Below, one piece after another: positions 52,181 through 64,000 of a DNA stretch of 64,000 nucleotides. The stretch comes from Camelus ferus. Taxonomy: Eukaryota. The stretch covers positions 34,784,001 to 34,848,000 of the forward strand of contig NC_045697.1 of NCBI RefSeq assembly GCF_009834535.1. The letters run 5' to 3'. Numbering within the stretch: the first letter of the stretch is position 1; each line of letters starts with the position of its first letter. The position numbers were made by a program, and so were the translations under genes. A model generated the notes under the pieces. The model saw only the letters and a list, made by a program, of their open reading frames with translations, made no database searches and had not been told where the DNA came from.

Positions 52181-53705
52181 ACCCTGAAATCAAGGCATGT
52201 TCCACATCATCTCCCAGAGGTCACCACTCAGAGGTGCTCAGCCAAATTAATCCCAAATTAAGGAGATTGTATACTACATGTATTTGTAAAATGGAAGAAA
52301 CATTTTTGCCTTTTCTGTTCCCTTTTCCCCCAGGAATAATTTAAATCAAAAGAAATAAAGACGTTATAAGGAACTCCCTTTTCCTGTGCTTGTTTTTCTA
52401 ACATTGCATGTTATTTCATAACATTGAAAACACAATATGATGACCAAAAACAAGCTAGGCTTCTTTAATTCAACTTATTCTTGGCTTCTAAACAATGATG
52501 GGAACAAAGCCCATTAGAAAATATGACCTCTGGACGCGTTGTCATTAGGGAGTCTGCTAGAACTGATGGCAGTCCTTATGGTCTTTCAAGAGGTAAAAAT
52601 TAACATCTTTCTCTTTTTGAAAAGAAATTTCTTCCCCTTTTTCTAATGCTGAGTTTCTCCATTTTGAAGTTTTCAGATCTGTACTAGAAATTGCCCTCTG
52701 TGAGATTTCTTCTTAATTATCTGCAAGATTTCATGAAATTAGCACCTGCTATATACCTTCACCTTGCACCTAGCTGAGTGACTCCTCAAATTGCCAAGTG
52801 GCTGTAAATAATAAATTTCTCTTTGTAGAAGAAGGTGGTTAATGAATTCAATTCTATTTGCAAAATTGCCTTCATTCTCAAGCTGTTTTTCTACTCTTTA
52901 TAGTTTCCTGCATCGTTAACTTTAACAGGAAAAAAAAAGTGTAGAACTCTTGTATTCTGTTTGAACAGAAAGTTCTCAATCATCCTTCTATAATAATGCA
53001 ACTCCGGTCCTTAGGGGCTAATAGAAACTTTCAAAAGGACAGCTTAGTGTATTATATAAACTCTTTTTATGGGCACTTTGATTAAGTGTCGGTAGCAACA
53101 GAGACAGAGCGCCTGCTGCAGGTGTAGATAGAGAAGAAATAGTGTGGGACAGAAAAGTTAACTTCTGTCCTTCCTTAAATGGCCTGAAGTTAGCTACCAC
53201 CAGATATGATGGAGAAAATGAACCCTGTGCTGTATTTACTATGAAACAGAAAAGTTGAGGATTCACAATAAAAGCCAGAAAATAATATTATAATATACAC
53301 ATACCAATGGTTTTATTCAAAGAATCTTAACTAAACAGTCACCTTGATGTATAACACAAACTTCAGTTGCCATATTTACATATCCACAGACCTACCTGTA
53401 CTAATAGATTTTTAAATTTACTCACCCGCCCCCACTTAAATAAATCTACTTAATAAGGAAACTTAAGGAAACCGAAAGTGCAAAGATCTATTATTTCCTC
53501 CCTCTGCCTCATCCGCCCTCAGCACCGGACTGAGCCCCAGCACCTAGCACGGAACTTCCAACACAACCCCCTGCCGTTGGCCATCAGATAAATTCTCCTC
53601 ACTCTCCTGAGGCAGAGCTCTCTCTAGTGGTCCCAGGTGTCACTCCCAGCATGCTGTGGGAGCGGAGTGCGGGGATGGCAGGAGCTCTTCCAGGCAGTGT
53701 CTATC

Positions 53706-54042
53706 CAGGGCAGCACCCTCCGGTCAAAATATAATATGGTCCTCAAGTGCAGGCCACACTTGTTGTCAAAAATGTTTTAATAGCCACATTGAGAAAAGTA
53801 GAAAGAAACAAGCCAAATTAATGTCTTATTTTACCCGATTTATTCAAAATAGGACCTTTTCAACATGTGATCCATACAAAAAAATTATTAGTGAGACACT
53901 TTACAGTCTTCTTTTTTCCCTACTGTGCTTTGAAAATTGGATATGTGCTTTACACTTACACCACATCTCAGTTTGGATTAGCCACCTTCAAGTATCTGAT
54001 AGCTGTTTGTGCCCAGTAGCCCCGTATTGTACAGCGTGGATC
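53706..54042. mobile_element. hAT-Charlie MITE (MER33-like)
   Basis: tttaatagccacattgagaaaagtagaaagaaaca...tttacacttacaccacatctcagtttggattagccaccttcaagt...gtattgtacagcg. Confidence 0.75.
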
Positions 54043-55561
54043 CAGACATACTGTGGTAGTACATTCACAGAGGAGCAGGCAGGGAAAATGGCCCTGCTTT
54101 AAATGCCCCTGGTATCACACCTTGGGAAGCACTGCCAGTGGAGTTTCCACAGCCTGAGTTCATGATACTAAGAGATCCCTAGTTATCTTATACTGAATGC
54201 AATTCCTTAGTTAATGTCTCCTCAGAGATGTTTCAGGGACTTCGAGACTAGGGGTTGATCATCCCATGTTAAAATGACTCCTTCAAACTGAAACAGACCC
54301 ATCAGGGTTCACTTTAGTCTGAACTGCTTCTCCTTTGGGCCATTGCTCAATCTATACGAATATTTTGGACCAGTGGCTGAGGAGCACCTGGTTAGATAGT
54401 AGGTTTTATTTTTCCCCTTTCTCTAGGCAATTTCTGTGCTTTTATAATTGAAGCTTTCAAAGCTGTTGTCAGTGAGCTGTCTCTGTAGTGCTTCTACTGC
54501 ACTCAAGTACTATTTTATTTCAGGCCATGTGCATAGTCAACATGGAGTGTGAAAAAGACTGTATAAAGCACAGAGCCATTTTAAAAAATTATCCTCACTA
54601 CATGTAAAAATAGCCTGCATTCTGTCATCTTGAGGGAGTGATGCTCTAGAGACTAGATAAGTGCTCAACTCTGTTTCCATTTGCAATACAGGTCTGGCCT
54701 AAATATGCCAGTTCTATTTTTTTTTCTGGTGTTTTTTAAAATAATTGAAACAATATTTAAATATAAAAAATAACTAATTTTGAATTTTGGGCCACTGGCC
54801 AATGGATCATAAAGTTGTAGAATTACATACCTTTGTACAGGGTGAAAGGATTAGAGGCCCTCCAGGCAAAACCTCTCATATTGTAGATGAAGACGGTTTT
54901 TTTAAAAAATGTCTAAAAGTCTCGCTGGGTTTTAATCCAAAGACTTTCAAACATCAAGGTATTTTAAATCATTTATATTCTTAAGAAATAATCGTAATTT
55001 TTTAAATCATAAAATTTATGTAATAATCATATATTAGAATTTTCCCATATGCTAAGAAGTTTGGTAGATAAAAACAAATTATTGTATCTCAGCTTATATT
55101 TATCCTAGTATATTATGACACATTATGATAGAAGTTTCCATAATTTGTAATGCTTTTAATGAACAACTAATAGTTTAGCTAACATATTATTGTTACTTAT
55201 AATATATAAAGATACTTTTCCTCTGTGGTTAACCACAGTGATAACATTGGCTAAATAACAAACTAAAACTTTAGCCAGAGACATAAGAAATATTATAATA
55301 ATATAGCAGAAGGTATTTAATGACAGAAGGAAGACTTCCTGAGCAAGAAAGTTATCGAAGCACTAGAATGGCTTACCACAGGAGAGTGGGGTCATTATCT
55401 ATAAATGTAGGTTATTTCTCCATTATTCGAGGTCTGTGGAAGGAAATGTACCTGCAAGCAATGAAAAACATTTCTCTTTGTTTTGGTAATTTCATTCTTT
55501 TTCTTATTTGTGAAAGTAATCACAAGCATTTTAGAAAACATGGAGATAAAATCTCACCCAT

Positions 55562-55808
55562 GCAGAGAGGGATGTATTAGAGGGTGGGGATTAACAGACA
55601 CACATTACTATATATAAAATAGATGAACAACAAGGACCTACTGTATAGCACAGGGAACTATATTCAGTTTCTTATAATAACATATAATGGAAAAGAATCT
55701 GAAAAGAAAAAATAAATATGTATGTATATGTATAACTGAATCACTTTGCTGTACCCCTGAAAGTAACATTGTAAATCAACTACACTTATATTAAAAATTT
55801 TTTTTAAA
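55562..55808 (+). mobile_element. Short L1 3'-end insertion
   Basis: gggattaacagacacacattactatatataaaatagatgaacaacaaggacctactgtatagcacagggaactatattca...ttgtaaatcaactacactt; imperfect TSD aatctcacccat / aacctcactcat. Confidence 0.85.
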
Positions 55809-57065
55809 CAAACCTCACTCATAATCCCACTGCTCTAAATGTAACCCAGATTAGCAATTTAGTATTCCTCATCCCTGTGTTATTTTCTGTACAGACATTT
55901 TCATTTTATATAGCTTTAATCAGATATAAATATATTTTCCTATTACTTTAACTTATTATAATATAACCATTTTTCATATAAAACATAATATTCAAAAGAC
56001 ATGTGATGGGATAATTCTATGAGGTATTATTAGTCCATGTATTTTATTCCCTGAATTGATAACCATCTCTCCCCTTTGGGCTGCAAGACAAGAGGCCACC
56101 ATCCTGTTAGGGTCAGGAAAGAGGTCAGTAATTGGTGTGGGAATAAAGACACTGACTTCTAGCCTTCTAAGTTCAAAAGGAATGTCCAGATATAAGGCCG
56201 TTAAACGAAATTTTTTTAAAGCAAATGCATGCAGAGAAGCCATTTCCTTCCACATCACCAAAATCCAAGATGAAATACTCATCAAATCTGGGGAGGGTGG
56301 GGAAGAAGAAATGAAGGAGAACACATAGGGTTTAGAAGTTAGTCAGTGCTAATGGATCAGTATTCCGCTGAATATTGATAAACATTATCAAGCTTGACAT
56401 GTATTATCTATAGGGTAGGGCCAACAAATTTAAAATCTTATCTGTAAGGAAGTTAAAAAAAATTAAAATGCTTTTAAGCGTATAAATTATATAAACTTTA
56501 TTAAGAGACATTTTGCAGTAAATATCAAGGGCCCTAAAATTTTTTATACCATTTGATCCAGCAAGGACTATATGCCAAAGACATATTATGGACATGTGTA
56601 AAAAGTTAATGATTTTCATCAATGTTAAAATTCATAACATGAAGAATTAGAAATGGTTCGGTTCATTTCTCTTTAAGTACACTATGACCCAACTTTGTGA
56701 TAATATACATAAATATAAGGATATTTTAGCTATAATGATATTTTAGAAGTCTATTTAGTACTATAGTAAAATGTTATGCCCAAAAAAATTCAGTGAAAAA
56801 TAAACTTATAAAACAGATGGACTTTATGATTTCATCTTTGGTTAAAATGTATGGATATATGCCTAGAAAAATGACAAATTATATTCTAAAAAATAATTAT
56901 TACTTCTGAGTTGTATGCTTTTAGATTTTTATATTCTTTATTTTTCTATATTTTAAAATATTTTCTATAATTAGTATATATTCTATGATCAAGCTTTGAA
57001 GCTTATTATTTTTTAAAAAAACTGTCCTTGTTAACAATTTTACTGAATTTAAAGTAATGATTTTT

Positions 57066-57839
57066 TTTTAAATCTATTTCCATAAATAGTGGCCAACACT
57101 TTCAAATCTCCAACTCCCAAATTCATCCCTTCCCATCCCCTCTTCCCGGCAACCATGAGATTGTTTACTATGTGAGTCTGTTTCTGTTTTGTAGATGAGC
57201 TCATAGTGTCCTTTTTTTTTTCAGATTCCACATATAAATGATATCATACGGTATTTTTGTTTCTCTTTCTGGCTTACTTAGAATGATGATCTCTAGGTCC
57301 ATTTCTGTTGCTGCAAATAGCATTATTTTATTCTTTTTTATGGCTGAGTAGTCTTCCATTGTATAAATATACCACAACTTCTTTATCTAGTCAACTGTCA
57401 ATGGACATTTAGGTTGCTTCCATGTTTTGGCTATTGTATATAGTGCTGCTGTGAACATTGAGGTGCATGTATCTTTTCAAATTAGAGTTCCCTCCAGATA
57501 TATACCCAGGAATGAGATTGCTGGATCATATCATAGGTCTATTTTTAGTTTTCTTTGGAATCTCCATACTGTTTTCCATAATGGCTGCATCAAACTACAT
57601 TCCTACCAGCAGTGTAGGAGGTTTCCCTTTTCTCCACACCCTCTCCAGCATTTATTGCAGACTTCTGAATGATGGCCATTCTGACTGATGTGAGGTGATA
57701 CCTCATTGTAGTGTTGATTTGCGTTTCTGTGATAATTAGTGACATTAAGCATTTTCTTCAGGTGCCTGTTGGCCATTTGTATGTCTTCACTGGAGAATTG
57801 CTTCTTTAACTCTTCTGCCCATTTTTAGATTGGGTTGTT
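57066..57839 (-). mobile_element. Young 5'-truncated L1 (ORF2 end + 3' UTR)
   Basis: Perfect 13-bp TSD agtaatgattttt at 57053-57065 and 57840-57852; typical reverse L1 sequence (ccctttctccacaccctctccagcattt-like, gtgaggtgatacctcattgtag). Confidence 0.9.
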
Positions 57840-59270
57840 AGTAATGATTTTTAACAGAGATAAAGATTCAATAGCTTAAGGGAAAAAAAAAAAAAACGGT
57901 CCTTAATACAGGCTTGAGAAATTGCCATGAAAGATGAAGAAAGCCTTTTATGTAAACATAAAAGAAAGCATTAAAAGGAAGTGATCACTTGAAACAGTTT
58001 TCTCTCTGCCCCATCTCTCTGACAGATAAGCCCTCTATCTATGAGAATCCATGAAGTTGGGGTGTAATTTTTAGTATTAGTAATGACTAATAAGTGGTTC
58101 TTTAATTTTGCTTTGGAAGAGTTTGCGCAATAAGGGAAATTCACCAAGGATTTTAAAGCTTGGATTCGTTCATCTAGCAGTCTTAGAGGGAAAGTAACTT
58201 TTCTAGTTCTCACAGTCATTAAAAAAAAGAAGCTGTGCTACCTTTTTTCTTCCTGGTGGAAGGACAGTAGGTATTATATCCACTTTGTGTGCATCCTAGT
58301 TTTCAGACATTCAGCAAGGCAGAGTTGGGTGTGAGCTTTTTCATATGGGTGTGAAAAATAGCTACCCATCCAATCCTTCCTGGAAAGAAATATCTTAACA
58401 AATGGCAGAGCATTAGGCACCAGGTGTTAAAAAACCCCAGCTATCATCCACAGAACCAGCAGGATGTTATGAGAAATATCCTGGCAGCTCCTATCCAGTA
58501 ATGTGACTCAAGATTTAATATTTCTTTTCTACTTTTTAAAGAGTAGCATATACCAGATTGTTAATACTTCCCATTAAGAATAATGTGGATGATGATAATT
58601 GCTAAGGAATTAGGCCATCTTCCTGGTTTAACCCCTGCCCTCCCCAAAACAAAACAAAACAAAAACTGGTATTCAAACTGTGAGCTGGTGAGAATCTCTG
58701 TCATAGCCCAAGGAATGCATTGCCTAAAGTGCAGCATCTTATGGGCAGTCTTAAGATTTCCAGCTATGTCCAAGCTCCAAGAATTTGTCTGTTTTTTCTG
58801 CTTCCATAGGCATAGTAGGGATATAGAACCAGGGAATGTTTAGCCCAGAGAACTAGGTCTCATCCAGGGATATAAATGCTTGTACATTAATTCTAAGTAA
58901 TGCTGATTCTCTGGTCTTCAAGACACCAAACAAATGAAACTATACTGTTAGTAAATTTTAGCTACATTAGATCTAAAATGTGTATTCAGAGTACTATAAA
59001 GAAAGTGACCAAGTTACAGGTGGGAGAACAAGGAAGGAGAGAACAAAGGATTAAAATACATAATAAATAAAGAACTCTTTTCAATGAACAAGAAAATGAT
59101 AAGCAATGAAATAAACATGGGCAAAAGATATAAACAGGCATATTACAGGGAAAGAAAACTCAACAGCAAAAACATGAAAATAATCTTTGCCTAATACTAA
59201 TTAAGAAATTAAAATTTAAGCAATAAGAAGATAATAGTTCACATACTTCTAATTGGAAACAAAGTAGAAA

Positions 59271-59888
59271 TGATACAGGAAAAAAATAGGGCATGAGAAG
59301 ATGGCCTTGTCCCAGGTCTCAGGTAAGTGCCTGGGACATGTCCTGCTGAGTGAGGGTCCTTGGCTTCACACAGGAAAGATTTCGAGAGTAAGCCATAGTA
59401 CAGTAAAAGTAGACTTATTCGGAGACATGCACACTCCATTGAGAGAGTGTAGGCCGTCTCAGAAGGCCAGAGAGGCCATGAGGCATGCGGGTGGGTGTTT
59501 AAAGTAAAAGTAGACATACACTCCACAGATCAAGTGCGGTCTGTTTTACTCAGAAGGGAGCGCAGTTATGAGGTATTGGGCATGTTAGTTTTTATGGGCC
59601 CGGAAACTTCATATGCTAACAACTGGGAGGATTATTCCAACTACTTTGGAGAAGAGGCTGGGATTTCCAGGAATTGGGCCACTGCCCACTTTTTGACCTT
59701 TTATGGTCAGCCTTGGGACTGTCACAGTGCCTGTGGGAGTGCCATTTACCATGCCAGTATATTACAGTGAGGGTATAATGAAGCTCAAGGTCTACTGGAA
59801 GTCTGTTGGGAGTTAACTTTTCATCTTGGTGCTAACTGCTGTGTCATTCCTTGAAAGGCTGTGCCCTGCCCTCTTCCTTCCTGTCTCA
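59271..59888 (-). mobile_element. Solo ERV1-class LTR (618 bp) inserted in an old L1 relic (~58920-60400)
   Basis: Terminal inverted repeat tgatacaggaa...ttcctgtctca; perfect 4-bp TSD gaaa (59267-59270 / 59889-59892); internal repeated block taaaagtagac...cactcca...ctcagaagg. Confidence 0.85.
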
Positions 59889-60086
59889 GAAAGTCTGATG
59901 AAGCCAAATACAAGAAAGGATGTGAGTTGTTGATAATAGTATAAATTGGTGCAATTTGGAAAACAGTTTGGCAATGCCTAGTAAAACTGAAGATGTGGTT
60001 ACACCATGACTCAGATTTTTTTTCTTACTCCAGAAAAACTTGACCACATAGAAAGGAAGAATATACAAGGATATTTATTACATCAC

Positions 60087-60189
60087 TTTTTTTGTTATTG
60101 TTAGTGGTGGTACTGGGGATTGAACCCAGGACTTTGTGCATGCTAAGCATATGTTCTGCCACTGAGCATATTGTACCCCTACATCCCCC
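60087..60189 (-). mobile_element. tRNA-derived SINE (vic-1-like)
   Basis: ggtactggggattgaacccaggactttgtgcatgctaagcatatgttctgccactgagc. Confidence 0.82.
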
Positions 60190-60586
60190 TTTGAGGCAGC
60201 AATAAAGTAATAACAGCCTAATTCTCTACCAGTTGAGAAATAAACAATATGTGATTATTCATACAGTGGATTTACATAAAGCAGTTAAAATGAGTAAATC
60301 ATGTGTACATGTATCAAGGTGGATAATTTTTGAAATATTATATTAGGTAAAAATGGAAGTAAATGGTAATAAGATACATTCAAGATTATACAATCTGTAT
60401 CTAATATGATCTAATTTTATATGCACAACACTATATTACATAGATGTATAGAGAGACAAAGATAAGTAGATAGGTAGATGTATAACATAAACTCATGAAT
60501 GGAAAAGGCACATTAATGATAGGAAATGGCTAATCCTGGGGAGGAAAAGGAAAGAGATGGAAGTTTGGTTTTAAGTGTATCCATGA

Positions 60587-60720
60587 TTTTTTTTTTTTTT
60601 TTAGTTTTTTTTGGGGGGGGTGTGGATAGGTAATTAGGTTTATTTATTTATTTCTAGAAGTGGTACTGGGGATTGAACCCAGGACCTTGTGCATGCTTAG
60701 CTATACCCTCCTCCTCCTAG
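60587..60720 (-). mobile_element. tRNA-derived SINE (vic-1-like) with an internal deletion over the A box
   Basis: Poly-T, ggtaattaggtttatttatttattt, ggtactggggattgaacccaggaccttgtgcatgctt|agctataccctcc; TSD gtgtatccat (60575-60584 / 60721-60730). Confidence 0.85.
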
Positions 60721-61159
60721 GTGTATCCATAATATGTTATCTATATAGAGAAAATATAATCTGAAGCAAAGATAGCAAAATGTAAACATCATTTAAATTT
60801 AGATAGTAGGTAAATTACTGTAGTATTATTTTCTGTATGTTTGAAATATTCAATAATTTAAATAATTTTTATTTTGTTTAAGTTATTTACTTTATTAATA
60901 AGAAAACACTTTTTTTGTATTTGGAGAAATACAAAGCAACACATATAAATCTTAGAAGATTCAAGTTCATAAATAGAGTTAATTTCATCCCTAAGGTAAG
61001 TTCATGATGTGATAGTTCCAATTAATTCCACGAGAACATCTTTTTCAAGCTTATGTTGGATGGAGAATCCTTTTTATTTTTCCCCCAAGATATGTGTGAG
61101 AATTAAAACTTAAAGGGTTTCTCAAACTTTCTTTGAACTTACATTTATAGGTCAAAACA

Positions 61160-61422
61160 TGATAACTATAGTTAACACTGTTTTTGGTATATTTGAAAGT
61201 AGCTAAGAAAGTAGATCTTAAAAGTTCTCATCACAAAGGAGAAAACATTTATTTTTCTTCTTCTTTTGTTTCTTTGGGGTTTTTGTATCTATGTGACATG
61301 ATGGATATTAGCTAAACTTATTAGGGTAACCATAATATGTAAGTCAAGCCATTTGCTGTACACCTTAAATGCATACAGTGTTGTACGTCAATTATATCTC
61401 AGTAAAACTGGGGGAAAAAAAG
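61160..61422 (+). mobile_element. L1MA-like 3' end
   Basis: ttgaaagtagctaagaaagtagatcttaaaagttctcatcacaaa...caattatatctcagtaaaactggggg + A tract. Confidence 0.75.
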
Positions 61423-61589
61423 ACAGGTTTAGGCAGTGAGAGACTTACTCATTTGTACTTCTAATCAGTGTTTGTTATTTATGCAAATTGTTTGACTTCT
61501 CCATCACACATCTTCTTTGGATTGCTGATTTAAGTTGTTTGATTTTCTCTGGAACTGTATACACTTTATGAACATGCTAACAAATATAT

Positions 61590-62215
61590 TTTAAGGAAAT
61601 CCAAACTAAAGAATATCTTTATGCCACCATTTGGTAACCATCACAATAATTATTGGCTCAGTTGAGAATCATCAATGGATGCTAAAACTGGTGGGTGAAA
61701 GTTTGATGAGAAATAGGATATGGTCTCAAATTATCTTGCCTGTAATTAAAAAATAAATTTGCTTTTTTAATTATAAAGGGAAGAAATAGTGACTTTACAG
61801 TGTAGAAACCAAGCAGACCTCTCTTTAACACAAATAACCAAAGTACACATCATGGCCACTGGGACACATCAACACCATGCAAACTGATGTATGTCTGACA
61901 CAGTGTGCTGAGAACACAGCATCACTTCCATGTTAGTCCTGTACCAAATGCATAACTTGGGTCTAAACACGAGGGACCATCAGATGAACCCAAACTGATG
62001 GACATTCTGTAAGTAACTGGCCTGATGCTCCAAAAACATCAAAGTCATGAAAGATAAAGAAAGCCTGAAGAGTTATTCCAGATGAAAGAAGACTAAAGCA
62101 ACATGGCAGCTAGATGCAGTGTGTGATACTGGATTGGACTGGGTCCTGGACCAAAAAATTGTTTTTCTTTTGCTATGGATGACACCACTGGATAATTGGT
62201 GATTTTGAATAATTT
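61590..62215 (+). mobile_element. L1MC/L1MD-like 3' UTR fragment
   Basis: gagaatcatcaatggatgctaaaactggtgggtgaaagtttgatgag...cccaaactgatggacattct...ctgggtcctggacca. Confidence 0.65.
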
Positions 62216-63099
62216 GCTCCAACTTGTTGCTTTTATTAAGAAGCCTCAGGATGCAAATTTAATATAAAATACTGTAAATGTCTGCACCTTTTAATGAGAA
62301 GAAAAGCCAAAAGACATTGCAGTTTCATCTTGCTACTCCATGTGAATGATCCAATTCAAAAAGATAGTTCGCCATACTCTGCTCTCAAGAATTACGAACA
62401 ATTCTGTCATAGTAAGACTGGCAGAGAATTTCTAATATACATAGGCCTTGTCTACAGAGTCCATATCATAAATTTGGGAACTATTGGTGGAAGCCCATTA
62501 GCAGATAGACTATAAAGCTGAAAAAAGAAAAAGATGATTAATAAGGCTGTCAGAACCAAACGGCAGTGGGTTTCACAGCTCACTCCAGCTTCCAGGATTG
62601 TACTTAGACACCGCAACAGTCAGTTAGTCCAGTGTCTTGGTTTTGATGCAGTCCTTCAAATTTAAACCTAGTGGAATTTTTGTGAAGATTAAGTATTACG
62701 CCTTCCAGTTTTTGGATAGCATTCTTCATAATTTTTATGTAGTGACTGCAGTGTTTTAGATTTAGGTAAAGCGAGCTTGTTTTTCATTAACCATGTGATT
62801 TGAAGTTAATTACTTGACTCTTTTGAGCCAAAGAGTTTTAATTTGTTAAATGATAAGATCAGACTTTCTTATCTTTGAGATTTTTTTCCAACTCTAGCTA
62901 GATTGTTCTAGTTCTTTGATTAATAGTTAGATTATCAGTAAAAGTGGTATATTTCTTCTGAGACCAAAATAGAAAACCTATCTTCTTTAAAAGCAATTCC
63001 TTGTTACCTTGTTTTATAAAATATTTTAGTTGCATAAAAATGTATAGTTAAGAACCAAACAAACTTCTGTGTACCCATCATCCAGCTAAAATGTAGAAA

Positions 63100-64000
63100 G
63101 TACAGTTTTTCATCTATCATGTTGGCAAAAATCCTTCAGTTTGACAAAACATCTTATGGGCAAAGCTGCAGAGAAGCAGGCATTTTCCTATATTGCCCGT
63201 GGGAATGCAGAAATGGTATAAGGAGAATTTTGCAATTTCTAGCAAAATTACATATGCATTTAACCTTGGACACTATGACCACCTTTCTATAAAATGTATT
63301 CCAAAGATATTCAGACAGACGTACAAAACGATGTATGCACAAAGTTATTCATTGCTATTATTTGTAATAGCAAAAGATAAGGAACCATTCAAATGTCCAT
63401 TAATAAGGGACTGCTTTAAGAAACAACAGTACATTCATGTGATGAGTCCTATGCTGTGGTAAAAGATGCTCCATGAAATGCTATGGAATGTGCACAGTAT
63501 GCTACCTTCTGTGTAAGAAAGGGGACTATAAATACAAGTGCATGTGTGTATTTTTTTCAAGTAACAATAGAAGGACAAACCAAAAACCAATAAAAAATGG
63601 TTACCTATAGTGGAAAGAAAAAACTAGAAGCAAGGAATGGCAAATAAGCGTATGAAAGGATGCTCAACCCAGTGTGTCATTAGGGAATTGCAAATTAAAA
63701 ACAGCAATGAGATACCAATGCACACATATTATGATGGCTAAAATCTAAAACACTGACAACACCAAATGCTGGGGAGGATGTGGTGCAAACAGGAACTCAT
63801 TCACTTCTAGTGGGAATGCAAAATGGTACAGCCACTTTGGAAAACAGTTTGGCATTTTTTTTTTTTTTTTACAAAACTAAGCATACTTTTACCATACGAC
63901 CCAGCAATCACACCCTTTGGTGTTTACCTAAATGAGCTGAAAATGTATGTCCACATGAAAACCTGCACACAGGTATTTATAGCATTTTATTCATAAGCGC
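63100..64000 (+). mobile_element. Old L1 fragments (two adjacent ORF2-end/3' pieces), running off the window
   Basis: gtgggaatgcagaaatggta...; gtcattagggaattgcaaattaaaa...aaatggtacagccactttggaaaacagtttggca...gacccagcaatcacacc. Confidence 0.75.

Noticed and set aside
38700..64000. Exons or promoter of the upstream neighbouring gene (SLAIN2 in human, from recalled synteny)
   Set aside because: No second CpG island or recognisable coding exon in the window.

Overview
This is mammalian genomic DNA, probably from a camelid. The species call is inferred from recurrent vic-1-like tRNA-derived SINEs, cetartiodactyl-type L1 ends, and the apparent absence of Alu, B1, Bov-A and PRE-1. The window holds the 5' end of the TEC non-receptor tyrosine kinase gene on the minus strand: a CpG-island promoter and non-coding exon 1 (donor at 38187/38188), a ~35 kb intron 1, and the first coding exon (2921-3106; CDS 2921-3058, PH-domain N-terminus). 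The gene continues past the left edge. The ~25 kb to the right is repeat-rich upstream intergenic DNA with L1, L2, MIR, MaLR/ERV LTRs, DNA transposon relics and SINEs. I found no convincing new multi-gene system, and nearly all other ORFs are repeat-derived or chance. The best observations are small-scale: a uORF whose stop overlaps the TEC start codon, an internally deleted or spliced L1 that keeps both ends, a twin-primed L1 carrying a TSD-flanked non-repeat retro-insert, a perfect 47-bp dispersed duplication, and candidate haematopoietic enhancer motif clusters. Repeat boundaries and family names were read by eye and are approximate unless a TSD is quoted.
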